A stretch of 64,000 nt of DNA, from the NCBI GenBank assembly GCA_963711565.1, contig CAVQEQ010000001.1, positions 32,001-96,000 on the forward strand. Direction: 5' to 3'. The notes under the pieces are model-generated. The model ran no database searches and had not been told where the DNA came from. It saw nothing but the letters and a program-made list of their open reading frames with translations. Shown piece by piece: positions 37,896-46,871 of the stretch. Made by a program: the position numbers and the translations under genes. Numbering within the stretch: position 1 is the first letter of the stretch; the number at the start of each line of letters is the position of its first letter. The stretch comes from an uncultured delta proteobacterium. Its GTDB lineage: Bacteria; Desulfobacterota; Binatia; Binatales; Binataceae.

Positions 37896-38951
37896 ATGGC
37901 TGTCGATGGAAACAAACTTCAGGAACTAATCGGCAAAATGCTGGGCAACGTCGGCGCCGCGATGGGCACGGCGCTCGTGCTGCTCGGCGAGAAGTTTGGC
38001 TTTTATAAGACGCTCGCCGCCGCGGGACCGTTGACGCCCGCCGAACTCGCGTCGAAGACCGGAACTGTCGAGCGTTACGTGCGCGAATGGGCCTCGCAGC
38101 AAGCGGCTGCCGGCTATATCAACTACGACGCGCAGTCTGGCCGCTTTTCGATCTCACCCGAGCAGGCGCTGGTGCTCGCCGATGAAGGCGGTCCGGCGTT
38201 CTTTCCTGCCATGTACGAGATTGCAGCCACTACTGTCCGCGATGAACCCAAGGTAGCCAACGCGTTTCGCAACGGCGGCGGCGTCGGATGGCACGAGCAC
38301 GATCCGGGTCTGTTCCGCGGCACCGAGCGCTTCTTCCGCCCCGGCTACGCGATGCATCTCGTTTCCGAATGGATACCCGCGCTCGACGGCGTCCGCGAGA
38401 AACTGGAGCGCGGCGCGCGTGTCGCTGACGTCGGATGCGGCCACGGCGCTTCGGTAGTCCTGATGGCGAAAGCGTTCCCGAAATCCCGATTCTTCGGCTT
38501 CGACTATCACGAGCCGTCGATCGATCGCGCCCGTGAAATCGCCCGCGCCGAGGGCGTCGCCGATCGCGCCATCTTCGAGCGCGCCTCGGCCAAAGACTAT
38601 TCGGGAACCTTCGACCTGGTCGCGTTCTTCGATTGCCTGCACGACATGGGCGATCCGGTCGGTGCGGCCGCGCACGTGAAAAGCACGCTCGCTGAAGACG
38701 GAACCTGGATGGTGGTCGAGCCGTTTGGCAACGACCGCCTCGAGGACAACCTCAATCCGATCGGCCGGCTGTTCTACGCAGCATCCACGATGATCTGCGT
38801 GCCCGCGTCATTGTCACAGGAAGTGGGACTGGGCCTCGGCACTCAAGCGGGAGAAGCGCGCCTGCGCCAGGTGCTCGCGGCGGGAGGATTCTCCCGCGTA
38901 CGCCGCGCAACCGCGACGCCGTTCAACCTGGTCCTCGAAGCGCGCCCGTGA
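37896..38951 (+). CDS. SAM-dependent methyltransferase with N-terminal wHTH (Rv2258c-like)
   Basis: ERYVREW, VADVGCGHG, FDCLHDMGDP, TPFN.VLEARP. Confidence 0.92.
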   Translation: MAVDGNKLQELIGKMLGNVGAAMGTALVLLGEKFGFYKTLAAAGPLTPAELASKTGTVERYVREWASQQAAAGYINYDAQSGRFSISPEQALVLADEGGPAFFPAMYEIAATTVRDEPKVANAFRNGGGVGWHEHDPGLFRGTERFFRPGYAMHLVSEWIPALDGVREKLERGARVADVGCGHGASVVLMAKAFPKSRFFGFDYHEPSIDRAREIARAEGVADRAIFERASAKDYSGTFDLVAFFDCLHDMGDPVGAAAHVKSTLAEDGTWMVVEPFGNDRLEDNLNPIGRLFYAASTMICVPASLSQEVGLGLGTQAGEARLRQVLAAGGFSRVRRATATPFNLVLEARP

Positions 38952-38967
38952 GCCCGCGCTCTCGACC

Positions 38968-40095
38968 TTAGAAGGCGGAGAATTCGCCGCTCTCGATCAG
39001 CTTGACCGGCGTCCCTTCGACTTCTTTGGGCGCGGCCGCTTGCGCCTGAGGCGTCAGCTTGTCAACGTAGATCACAATCGTCGTCTGACCGGGCTGATCG
39101 CCGGCGCCGATTCCGGTGCCGACTGCTCCCGGGATCTTCATAAGCGCGTCCTCATGGCGGTCCCGAACCGCACCGGCCGTCGCGACGGCCTGCGCCGACA
39201 GACCTTCATTCTGGGATTCACCTTCTGCTTGTGCCGGAGCCGCGTCTCCCGTGCAACTGCCCACCATCGAAACGTCGAGCTTGCTCAACACCGTGGAAAT
39301 TGGATTGGCTATGATCAGTCCGCTAGTTGAGCCCGCAAACAGCAGTGCCACTGCCTGTGGGCAATAATCGTCGGTTACGATCAACGAGCCGGAGTCGCCG
39401 GCCGCGCCAAAGGTCGGGGTTGAAACGCTTCCAGTTACCGTAATCTGGTCTACAAACTTGGCCAGTTTCGGCTTCTTGGTATCGGAGTAGTTTACCTTCA
39501 AATGGACATCCAGCTGCACGATCCCCCCGGTGGTGAGACAAGTCGTGCGACCCATTTTCTGCACAGCCATCCCAATTATAGGCGTCGCCACCGAGCTTGA
39601 GATCCCCCCGACAAAAAGGATTTCAGGGCTGACGTCTTCCGGATTTACCGCCGCGATGGCGGCGTCAACGAAGTTCTTGCTGCCGTCGAACTTGAGTTTG
39701 ACCTTGCGGCTGAACGTTGCGACCGCGTTGTTCGGCCCCTGCAGGCAGTCTGTGTCCGCCAGTCCGGGCTGCACGATGAGCTGGCCGGGCCGAGCCTTAT
39801 TCTGGTCCGCTAGCACGTGATTATTGCTGAGGATATATTCGTTTTCCTCTGAATCCTCGACCATCGACCCCAACGTCCCACTGTAACAACCATTGGGCTT
39901 TCCATTTTTGAGGAAGAGAAGCGAGTTGAGATTTCCGCCCGAAACGCCCAGCTCAATCGGGCGGACCTGCGCCGTTTCCTGAGGGTTGTTATCACACTCG
40001 GCGGGAGCCGCGGCGGACGCATTTTGTGGCGCGGACGCAACACCGATCGCAAGCATGCAAGCAACCAAAGCTGCTGCCTTCGTCTTATAGCTCAT
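38968..40095 (-). CDS. secreted trypsin-like (S1) serine protease with extra C-terminal domain
   Basis: Signal peptide; triad LSNNHV / VDAA / GDSGS; KMGRTT. Confidence 0.85.
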   Translation of the reverse strand: MSYKTKAAALVACMLAIGVASAPQNASAAAPAECDNNPQETAQVRPIELGVSGGNLNSLLFLKNGKPNGCYSGTLGSMVEDSEENEYILSNNHVLADQNKARPGQLIVQPGLADTDCLQGPNNAVATFSRKVKLKFDGSKNFVDAAIAAVNPEDVSPEILFVGGISSSVATPIIGMAVQKMGRTTCLTTGGIVQLDVHLKVNYSDTKKPKLAKFVDQITVTGSVSTPTFGAAGDSGSLIVTDDYCPQAVALLFAGSTSGLIIANPISTVLSKLDVSMVGSCTGDAAPAQAEGESQNEGLSAQAVATAGAVRDRHEDALMKIPGAVGTGIGAGDQPGQTTIVIYVDKLTPQAQAAAPKEVEGTPVKLIESGEFSAF

Positions 40096-40164
40096 AGTTT
40101 CTCCCCATTACTCCCCATCTTTCCCCTCTCGAAAATTGATACCCAGACTCGATCAGGCACTTAG

Positions 40165-40180
40165 AGCAAGATTTGCACCA
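40165..40180 (-). promoter_or_regulatory. candidate sigma54 (-24/-12) promoter of the protease
   Basis: Minus strand TGGTGCAAATCTTGCT = GG-N10-GC, 70 nt before ATG. Confidence 0.5.
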
Positions 40181-40231
40181 GAGGTAAGTCCCCCACTAGC
40201 AAAAGCACGCTATATGGACTCAAATCAAGCG

Positions 40232-40885
40232 TTAACAGGCGTCGAGCAGCGATAACAATGCACCAAGAGCACGGTCACCAGCCTCAAGCGCCAGTTTATG
40301 GTCGCGCTCGTCGGTGCAATGCCGCGTCAGCAGCTCGGCACCCGTCCGCGCATGCCACACGTCGGCCTGTTCATGCACCTTGAAAAAGGCGAGTCCGCGC
40401 TCGTCGGTGACGCCGTAAAATCGCCTGAGACCATCGATTTTCGCAGTCGCCACGCTGGGAATTTGCGATTCGTAGGCGTACAAGGCGGCAAGCCCGCTCG
40501 GCACGTGCCCGCTCTCAGCGATCTCTGTGAACGCGCGGACGAGCCCGATACTCGACGCCGACGTGATTGAATCGGTCACCCGCTCGCGCGATACGCCGAT
40601 CGCCTCGGCGAAGCGGATCCATAGCTCGGGATGGTTCTCCGCGCCGCGCTCTTCCTCGATTAGATTTTCGAGTAGCGCCTGGCGCGTCGCGATATCGGCG
40701 CATCGCGAATGAATCGCACTCAGGTACCGCGGGAACGCCGCGACATGCGGATAGTATTCGACGGCGTAGTTCTGCAGCCGTTCGAGCGAGAGCGTGCCCG
40801 CAGTCCAGGCTTGGTAGAACGGATGCTTGAGCAGCGAACGCTCGGAAATCATCGAATCAAGAGTAGCGACTACATCACGCGGCAT
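40232..40885 (-). CDS. CADD-family heme-oxygenase-like diiron protein (TenA/PqqC superfamily)
   Basis: LLKHPFYQAW, YY.HV.AFPRYLS, ENL.EE...NH.ELW, YAYESQ, KI.GL, FF.VH..AD..H. Confidence 0.88.
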   Translation of the reverse strand: MPRDVVATLDSMISERSLLKHPFYQAWTAGTLSLERLQNYAVEYYPHVAAFPRYLSAIHSRCADIATRQALLENLIEEERGAENHPELWIRFAEAIGVSRERVTDSITSASSIGLVRAFTEIAESGHVPSGLAALYAYESQIPSVATAKIDGLRRFYGVTDERGLAFFKVHEQADVWHARTGAELLTRHCTDERDHKLALEAGDRALGALLSLLDAC

Positions 40886-40998
40886 TGGGACCCTCCCGCA
40901 TCGGGAGCGCGATTATTTAGATCCGGCGCTCCGATGGGCCGCTATGATGCTTAACCGTGACGCCGGAATCAACGGCCGTCTTTGGTACAAATGAACGT

Positions 40999-42399
40999 TT
41001 AGATCGGCGGATGCTTATCCTTCCACGGGCGGGCGCGCTCGAACTCTGCCGCCAGCGCGATTATGCCGGCCTCGTCGCCGGGACGACCGACAATTTGAAG
41101 CGCGAGCGGCAATCCCGCCTTGCTGAATCCGTTGGGAATCGAAATAGCGGGCTGCCCCGTCGAGTTGAACGGGAACGTGAACGCGATCCATCCGTAGATT
41201 TCGTCGGCGCCGGTCTCGGGATTCGACGGCAGCGTGCCGAGCCGCACCGCGGGCCGCGTGAGCGTCGGCGCGATCAACGCGTCGTACGGCATCAACGTAT
41301 GGATGATTTCGCGCGAGGTGTTGTGCATCCCGGTCACCGCGCGGATGTAATCGGCGGCGGAAATTTTCTGGCCCCATTCATAAGTTCCGCGCACGGCGGG
41401 CTCGAGCAGTTCCGGCTTGGGGATGTTCAGCGCGGACACCGACGCGCCGACGATCACGCGTGCAAATTTGCCGAGCATCGCGCCGGGATCGAGCGCGATC
41501 GGCTCGATGCTATGCCCCATCTCGCGGAACACGCCGCAGGCGGCCTCGAGCGCCGCGAGAGTCTCGCCGTCCACCGTTCCGAGCGCGCTCTTGTTGATCA
41601 GCGCGAGTCGAAGTTTTTTCGGATGCGCCGAAACCTCCTCGACGAAGGGACGCGTATGCGGCCGCGCCGCGTAAGGATCGCCCGGCATCATTCCCGCCAT
41701 CGCATCGAGCATCAGCGCCGCGTCGCGGACCGTGCGCGCGATCGGGCCGGTCGTTGACAGCCCGCCCCAGGATTCGCCCTCAGACGGCGCGCGCGTAATT
41801 CGCCCGCGCGCCGGCTTGATTCCCACCAGCCCGCAGCATGCCGACGGGATTCGTACCGACCCGCCGCCGTCGCTGCCCTGCGCCACCGGATGCAATCCCG
41901 CAGCGACCGCCGATGCCGCTCCGCCGCTCGACCCGCCCGCGGTATGTTCGAGGTTCCATGGATTCCGCGCCGGCGGACACAGACCGCCCTCGGTGGTCGG
42001 TCGCAGCCCGAATTCCGGCGTAGTGGTTTTGCCGAGCAGGATTCCACCGGAGTTCGCCAGCCGCACCGCAAGCTCCGCGTCCGCCGGCGCATACCAGTTC
42101 TCGTAGTTCTTCGATCCGAATGTCGTCCGAATGTCCTTCGTCCACAGCAAATCCTTGAGCGAGTACGCGACGCCAAACAGCGGCAGCTTGACCCCATCCG
42201 AAGCGCTCATCTTTTCAATCCGCGCCGCATCCGCAAGCGTGCGCTCGGCAGTGATGGTCATGAACGCGCCCAGCTTCGGATTCAGCTTCTCGACGCGCGC
42301 CAGAAAAAATTCAGCAACCTCACGCGGCCGCACCTCCTTCTTGAGGACCAACTCGCGCAGTTCGTAAGCCTCGATGTAAGGATTCAGCATCGCGTTCAC
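40999..42399 (-). CDS. amidase signature family protein
   Basis: KD, GKTTTPEFG, GGSSGG, GSDGGGSVRIP. Confidence 0.93.
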   Translation of the reverse strand: MNAMLNPYIEAYELRELVLKKEVRPREVAEFFLARVEKLNPKLGAFMTITAERTLADAARIEKMSASDGVKLPLFGVAYSLKDLLWTKDIRTTFGSKNYENWYAPADAELAVRLANSGGILLGKTTTPEFGLRPTTEGGLCPPARNPWNLEHTAGGSSGGAASAVAAGLHPVAQGSDGGGSVRIPSACCGLVGIKPARGRITRAPSEGESWGGLSTTGPIARTVRDAALMLDAMAGMMPGDPYAARPHTRPFVEEVSAHPKKLRLALINKSALGTVDGETLAALEAACGVFREMGHSIEPIALDPGAMLGKFARVIVGASVSALNIPKPELLEPAVRGTYEWGQKISAADYIRAVTGMHNTSREIIHTLMPYDALIAPTLTRPAVRLGTLPSNPETGADEIYGWIAFTFPFNSTGQPAISIPNGFSKAGLPLALQIVGRPGDEAGIIALAAEFERARPWKDKHPPI

Positions 42400-42582
42400 C
42401 TCCGGACAAAATCCTAGTTAGCCCAAATCGAAGCCGCCCGCTAACGCGGAGCCGCCACCCCTGAGAGCAAAGTAGCGCGCCGCGCGCAACTTTGCGCTTC
42501 GCACTGGGTGCAGGGGTCACCCCTGCCGCCCGCCGCGCAGGCGATTATTCTTTCCTGGAGACTCCGCCGTTTCGAGTAGCAT

Positions 42583-43110
42583 TTGCTTTATTTTCGCAGT
42601 TGCTTTCTTGATAGTCTCTTTGCGACTCCACCGGAGACCCTGCGATTGCTCAGTTCCGCGATTCTTTGGACGCATGCTGCCGCCGGCGCAATCTGGGTCG
42701 GTGCATGTGCTTGCTTTGTGATCGCGGGTCTCGCACTTTCTGCCGGTAGCGACGAGCAGCGCAATTTTGTCGCGAACGCGGCGCCCAAGATCGATTCGCT
42801 CGGCCTCGTCGCGGCCGTAGTGCTGATTGTTACCGGATTCATCAACCTGATGACCGCCGGCGCCGCCCGACGCTTCGTATTTTCGACTGCCTTCATGACC
42901 GTGCTTGCGATCAAGATCGCGTTGTTTATCGTTATGATCGTCGTGATGATGTGGTCGATGAGAATCGGCGCCGTGATCAAGGCTGTCGTCGCGCGCGGCC
43001 GCACCGACGCCGTGCCGGGCGCGATGCGCCGGATGGTGCGGGCGCACGTCGCGATCGTCGCGATGGGCGGTCTCGCTCTTATCTTGGGAACGTGGCTGAT
43101 GGGAAGTTGA
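42583..43110 (+). CDS. 4-TM membrane protein (CopD/DUF4149-like)
   Basis: H..A.AIWVG, TG..N, L.IK motifs; true start probably near 42640-42646. Confidence 0.6.
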   Translation: MLYFRSCFLDSLFATPPETLRLLSSAILWTHAAAGAIWVGACACFVIAGLALSAGSDEQRNFVANAAPKIDSLGLVAAVVLIVTGFINLMTAGAARRFVFSTAFMTVLAIKIALFIVMIVVMMWSMRIGAVIKAVVARGRTDAVPGAMRRMVRAHVAIVAMGGLALILGTWLMGS

Positions 43111-43116
43111 ATCGCA

Positions 43117-43998
43117 ATGGCTGAAATTCCACCGAAAATCAAAGTCGGCGCGTTCACCGTCGCTTTTCTCGCCGACGGTCTTTGGCGCAACGACGGCGGA
43201 TGCATGTTCGGCGTCGTCCCGCGCGAACTGTGGAAGGGCAACCATCCGCCCGACGATCGCAACCGCATCCGCCTCAACCTGACCTGCCCGCTCATCATGA
43301 AGGGCGCCGACGCGATCCTTGTCGATACCGGAATCGGCAATCGGCTGAGCAACGTCGAGCGCAGGATCTTCGACCATGGCGACGGATGGCTGCCGCAGCA
43401 TATCCGCGCGCTCGGGATGGAGCCCGGCGACATCACGCATCTGATCGTGTCGCATCTCCATTTCGATCATTGCGGCGGGATCGTGCGGCGACGCGATTCA
43501 GGCACGCTCGAAGCGGCGTTTCCGCGCGCGCGAATCTTCGTGCAGCGCGGCGAACTCGACGTCGCCGATCATCCGCGCAACGAGCGGCTTCACGCGGCCT
43601 ATCGTCACGCCGCGGAGATTCTCGCGCCGGTGCGCGCGATGCTCGAAGCGATCGACGGCGACACCAACGTCATCGCGGGCGTGCGCGCCGTCGTCACCGG
43701 CGGCCATACGCGGGACCATCAGGCCGCGCTCGTCACCGACGGCGGCGAATGCTTTATGCATCTCGCCGATATCGTGCCGACGCGCTCGCATATCCGCGGG
43801 CCGTGGAACCAGGCGTACGATCTCGACGCGCTGCGCACGATGGAACAGAAGGCGCACTATCTCGGGCTCGCGGAGAAAAATAAGTGGTGGCTGTCGTTCG
43901 CGCACGACGACACTGTATTCGCCGCGACGGTGCGCAACGATCGCGGACGTATCGTGCTCGGCGACACGGTCCCGGTTTCCGCGCGGCTATTTCAATAA
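43117..43998 (+). CDS. MBL-fold metallo-hydrolase (YtnP-like)
   Basis: DGG.MFGVVP, SHLHFDHCGG, GGHT..H, AD, HD. Confidence 0.92.
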   Translation: MAEIPPKIKVGAFTVAFLADGLWRNDGGCMFGVVPRELWKGNHPPDDRNRIRLNLTCPLIMKGADAILVDTGIGNRLSNVERRIFDHGDGWLPQHIRALGMEPGDITHLIVSHLHFDHCGGIVRRRDSGTLEAAFPRARIFVQRGELDVADHPRNERLHAAYRHAAEILAPVRAMLEAIDGDTNVIAGVRAVVTGGHTRDHQAALVTDGGECFMHLADIVPTRSHIRGPWNQAYDLDALRTMEQKAHYLGLAEKNKWWLSFAHDDTVFAATVRNDRGRIVLGDTVPVSARLFQ

Positions 43999-44234
43999 GA
44001 TTTTCCCCGTACAGTTTTTTTCAGTGCGGCGCAAATCTGCATTCTGGTAACCTGTCGATACGGAACGCGCCTGAGTATGTTGCTTGCACCTAATATTACT
44101 TGTTGCAGATCACAGGCTCCGTTATACTCAATACAAGAATGGGCTCAAGAAATAGCACGGCCCGACCGGTTCCCGCTCTCCCAGGCAGTAAAACTGCTCA
44201 ACATTCTATAACCCGAACCCGAAGGAGATAGCCG

Positions 44235-46169
44235 ATGGCGGATCTCAATAACTTCGAGCGAGTGATCAAAGAAGACCGCGCTGCGCGCGAGTCGAAGCAG
44301 TGGCGTGGCACCTTGCTCGAATATCTCGAGGTCGTGAAAGCCGACCCGATCATGACCAAGCTCGCGCATGCGCGAATCTACGACTTGATCATCTCGGCCG
44401 GGCTGCATCCGCTGGCTGATACCGACGACCCGCGCACCAAGCGGCTGTTCAAGGATGAGCCGCTCAAGGTCTTCGATTTCTTCTCGGAAGAATTCTTCGG
44501 CATCGAGCGCACCATCGCCCAGATCGTCCGCTACTTCCATTCGGCTTCGCTCAAGGGCGAAGAGAGCCGGCAGGTCCTCTACCTGATGGGCCCGGTAGGC
44601 TCGGGCAAGAGTTCGTTGGTCGAGAGAATCCAGCGCGGGCTCGAGCAGATCGGACTCATCTACGCGATCGAAGGATGCCCGATGAACGAGGAGCCGCTGC
44701 ATCTTGTCCCGCGGCATCTGCGGCGCGAGTTCGAAAAGATGCTCGGCGTGCACATCGAGGGCGACCTCTGCCCGGTGTGCCGTTATCGCCTCAAGTCCGA
44801 GTTCAATAATCGCTACGAGGAATTTCCGGTCGCCGCGCGCAACTTCTCCAAGCGCAATCGCGTCGGAGTCGGCGTGGTCCCGCCGGTTAACCCGAACAAC
44901 CAGGACACCTCGGTGCTGATTGGCTCGGAAGACATCTCGAAGCTCGACCAATATTCCGAGGGCGACCCGCGCGTGCTCGAACTCAACGGTGCGCTCAACG
45001 TCGGCAACCGCGGCATCGTCGAGTTCATCGAAGTTTTCAAGAACGAAACCGAGTACCTGCACGCGATGATCACGGCGACGCAGGAGAAAGTGATTCCGGC
45101 GCCCGGCCGCCACGGCATGGTGTACGTCGATACCTGCATCGTCGCGCATTCGAACGAGGCTGAATGGCAGAAGTTCAAGGCCGACCACACCAACGAGGCG
45201 ATCCTCGATCGTATCGTGGTCGTGAAGGTGCCGTATAACCTGCGCCTGTCGGAAGAGGTGAAGATCTACCAGAAGATCATCAAGAACTCGGATTTCCGCG
45301 CGCACGTCGCGCCGCACACGCTCGAACTCGCCTCGATGTACGCGATCCTGTCGCGGCTCGAGCCGACTTCGAAATGCGATCTGATGACCAAGCTGCGGCT
45401 CTACAACGGCGAGGAAGTCGTCGAGAAGGGACGCACCAAGAAAATCAACGTCCAGGAGTTAAAGGAAGACACCAAGCGCGAGGGCATGTCGGGCATCTCG
45501 ACCCGCTTTATCATGAAGGCGCTCGACAACGCGCTGTCCGACAACGTCACCGGCAACTGCATCAATCCTATCAACGTGCGCGAGGCGCTCATCTCGATGA
45601 CAAAGGAAGGCGACCTGCCCGACGACACGCGCAAGCAGTACCTCGAGTTCCTGCAGGACACTCTGCACAAGGAATATCTCGACCTGCTCGAAAAAGAGAT
45701 CACGCGCGCGTTCGTGTATTCGTACCAGGAGCAGGCGGAGTCGCTGTTCCAGAACTACCTCGATCACGCGGAGGCGTACGTCAACAAGACTCGCGTGCGC
45801 GATCGAAATACCAACGAGGAACTGTCGCCCGACGAGGGCTTCCTGAAATCGATCGAGGAGCAGATCGCGATCATCGGCTCGGCGGCCGATGGCTTCCGCC
45901 AGGAAGTGATCGCGTACCTGTGGGCAACCTCGCGCCGCGGCGAAAAGATCAGCTACAAGAGCTACGAGCCGCTCAAGGAAGCGATCGAGAAAAAGCTGAT
46001 GACCAGCGTGCGCGATATCTCACGTATCATCACCAAGGCCCGCACCCGCGACGAAGAGCAGGGCGAGAAGTACGGCTCGATGGTAAAAAACCTGCTAGAA
46101 AACGGCTACTGCGAATCCTGCGTAGATGTGGTGCTGAAGTACGCCGCGAACAATCTCTGGAAGGATTGA
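44235..46169 (+). CDS. prkA: PrkA/YeaG family serine protein kinase (AAA+)
   Basis: LYLMGPVGSGKS P-loop, GCPMNEEPL, NRG.VEF.E.FK, EAILDRI, GISTRF. Confidence 0.95.
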   Translation: MADLNNFERVIKEDRAARESKQWRGTLLEYLEVVKADPIMTKLAHARIYDLIISAGLHPLADTDDPRTKRLFKDEPLKVFDFFSEEFFGIERTIAQIVRYFHSASLKGEESRQVLYLMGPVGSGKSSLVERIQRGLEQIGLIYAIEGCPMNEEPLHLVPRHLRREFEKMLGVHIEGDLCPVCRYRLKSEFNNRYEEFPVAARNFSKRNRVGVGVVPPVNPNNQDTSVLIGSEDISKLDQYSEGDPRVLELNGALNVGNRGIVEFIEVFKNETEYLHAMITATQEKVIPAPGRHGMVYVDTCIVAHSNEAEWQKFKADHTNEAILDRIVVVKVPYNLRLSEEVKIYQKIIKNSDFRAHVAPHTLELASMYAILSRLEPTSKCDLMTKLRLYNGEEVVEKGRTKKINVQELKEDTKREGMSGISTRFIMKALDNALSDNVTGNCINPINVREALISMTKEGDLPDDTRKQYLEFLQDTLHKEYLDLLEKEITRAFVYSYQEQAESLFQNYLDHAEAYVNKTRVRDRNTNEELSPDEGFLKSIEEQIAIIGSAADGFRQEVIAYLWATSRRGEKISYKSYEPLKEAIEKKLMTSVRDISRIITKARTRDEEQGEKYGSMVKNLLENGYCESCVDVVLKYAANNLWKD

Positions 46170-46171
46170 TT

Positions 46172-46590
46172 TTTGTGTCATTCAGAGCGGAGTCCGCGTA
46201 GCGAAGAATCCCGGCTCCGAAAGCACCATGCGAAAAACGTCGAGCCGCAAGAGCTACTACGTGTACATAATGAGCAGTCCGTCGCAGACGCTCTACATCG
46301 GTGTGACCAACGATCTCGAACGGCGCGTGAATGAGCACAAAAGCGGCGAATTCGATAGTTTCACAAAGCGCTACCGCGTCAATCGCTTGGTCTATTTTCA
46401 AGAGACGAACGACGTTAACGCTGCGATTGCGGCTGAAAAACACCTTAAGGGCATCTCGCGAACGAAAAAGTTTGCACTGATCGAAGAAGAGAATCCAACG
46501 TGGCAGGACTTGAATGCTGAATCACAGTCAGTCGCCGAATCAAACGAAGAAACCGGGATTCTTCGCCGCAGCGGCTCTGAATGACACAAA
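46172..46590. mobile_element. candidate element: GIY-YIG gene enclosed by inverted palindromic repeats
   Basis: Left repeat 46172-46214 and inverted right repeat 46553-46590 share TTTGTGTCATTCAGAGC (17 bp) and GCGAAGAATCCCGG (14 bp); interrupts prkA-yeaH adjacency. Confidence 0.6.
46228..46584 (+). CDS. GIY-YIG nuclease (UPF0213/YhbQ-like)
   Basis: YYVYIM...LYIGVTNDLERRV.EH...FTKRY...LVY...AI.AEK.LK...K..LIE..NP.W.DL. Confidence 0.92.
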   Translation: MRKTSSRKSYYVYIMSSPSQTLYIGVTNDLERRVNEHKSGEFDSFTKRYRVNRLVYFQETNDVNAAIAAEKHLKGISRTKKFALIEEENPTWQDLNAESQSVAESNEETGILRRSGSE

Positions 46591-46631
46591 GAAAAAGAAT
46601 GACGAATCTGGTTACAAGAACAACCGCCTCC

Positions 46632-46718
46632 TTGTGTCATTCAGAGCGGAGTCTGCATAGCGAAGAATCCCGATCTTTGTGTCATTCAGAGCGGGGTCCG
46701 CGTAGCGAAGAATCCCGG
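46632..46718 (+). repeat. two tandem direct copies (44-bp period) of the TGTCATTCAGAGC repeat
   Basis: 46632-46672 and 46676-46718 nearly identical to 46172-46214. Confidence 0.9.
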
Positions 46719-46731
46719 CGCCTGAAACGAT

Positions 46732-46797
46732 ATGCGAAAAACGTCTAGCCGCAAGAGGTACGAAATCCAATTTCTGACGGAACGAAGCTACCGATAG
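46732..46797 (+). pseudogene. 5' stub of a second GIY-YIG gene copy
   Basis: ATGCGAAAAACGTCTAGCCGCAAGAGGTAC (MRKTSSRKRY) vs ATGCGAAAAACGTCGAGCCGCAAGAGCTAC (MRKTSSRKSY); same 13-nt offset from preceding repeat; then unrelated sequence and TAG. Confidence 0.75.
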
Positions 46798-46871
46798 TAG
46801 TGGCAGACTCCTAAAGCCACCACCGATGGTATGAAGATGCCCGAACTGAACACAACTTCGCGGATACTCCG

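Noticed and set aside
42505-42543. GCAGGGGTCACCCCTGC palindrome between divergent genes
   Set aside because: Single copy in the window; cannot distinguish a repeat from an operator or chance.
44000-44234. sigma54 promoter for prkA
   Set aside because: The TTGC candidates lack the invariant GG at -24.
46172-46718. Four ~40-bp repeats as a possible CRISPR array
   Set aside because: Mixed orientations, irregular spacing, no unique equal-length spacers and no cas genes.
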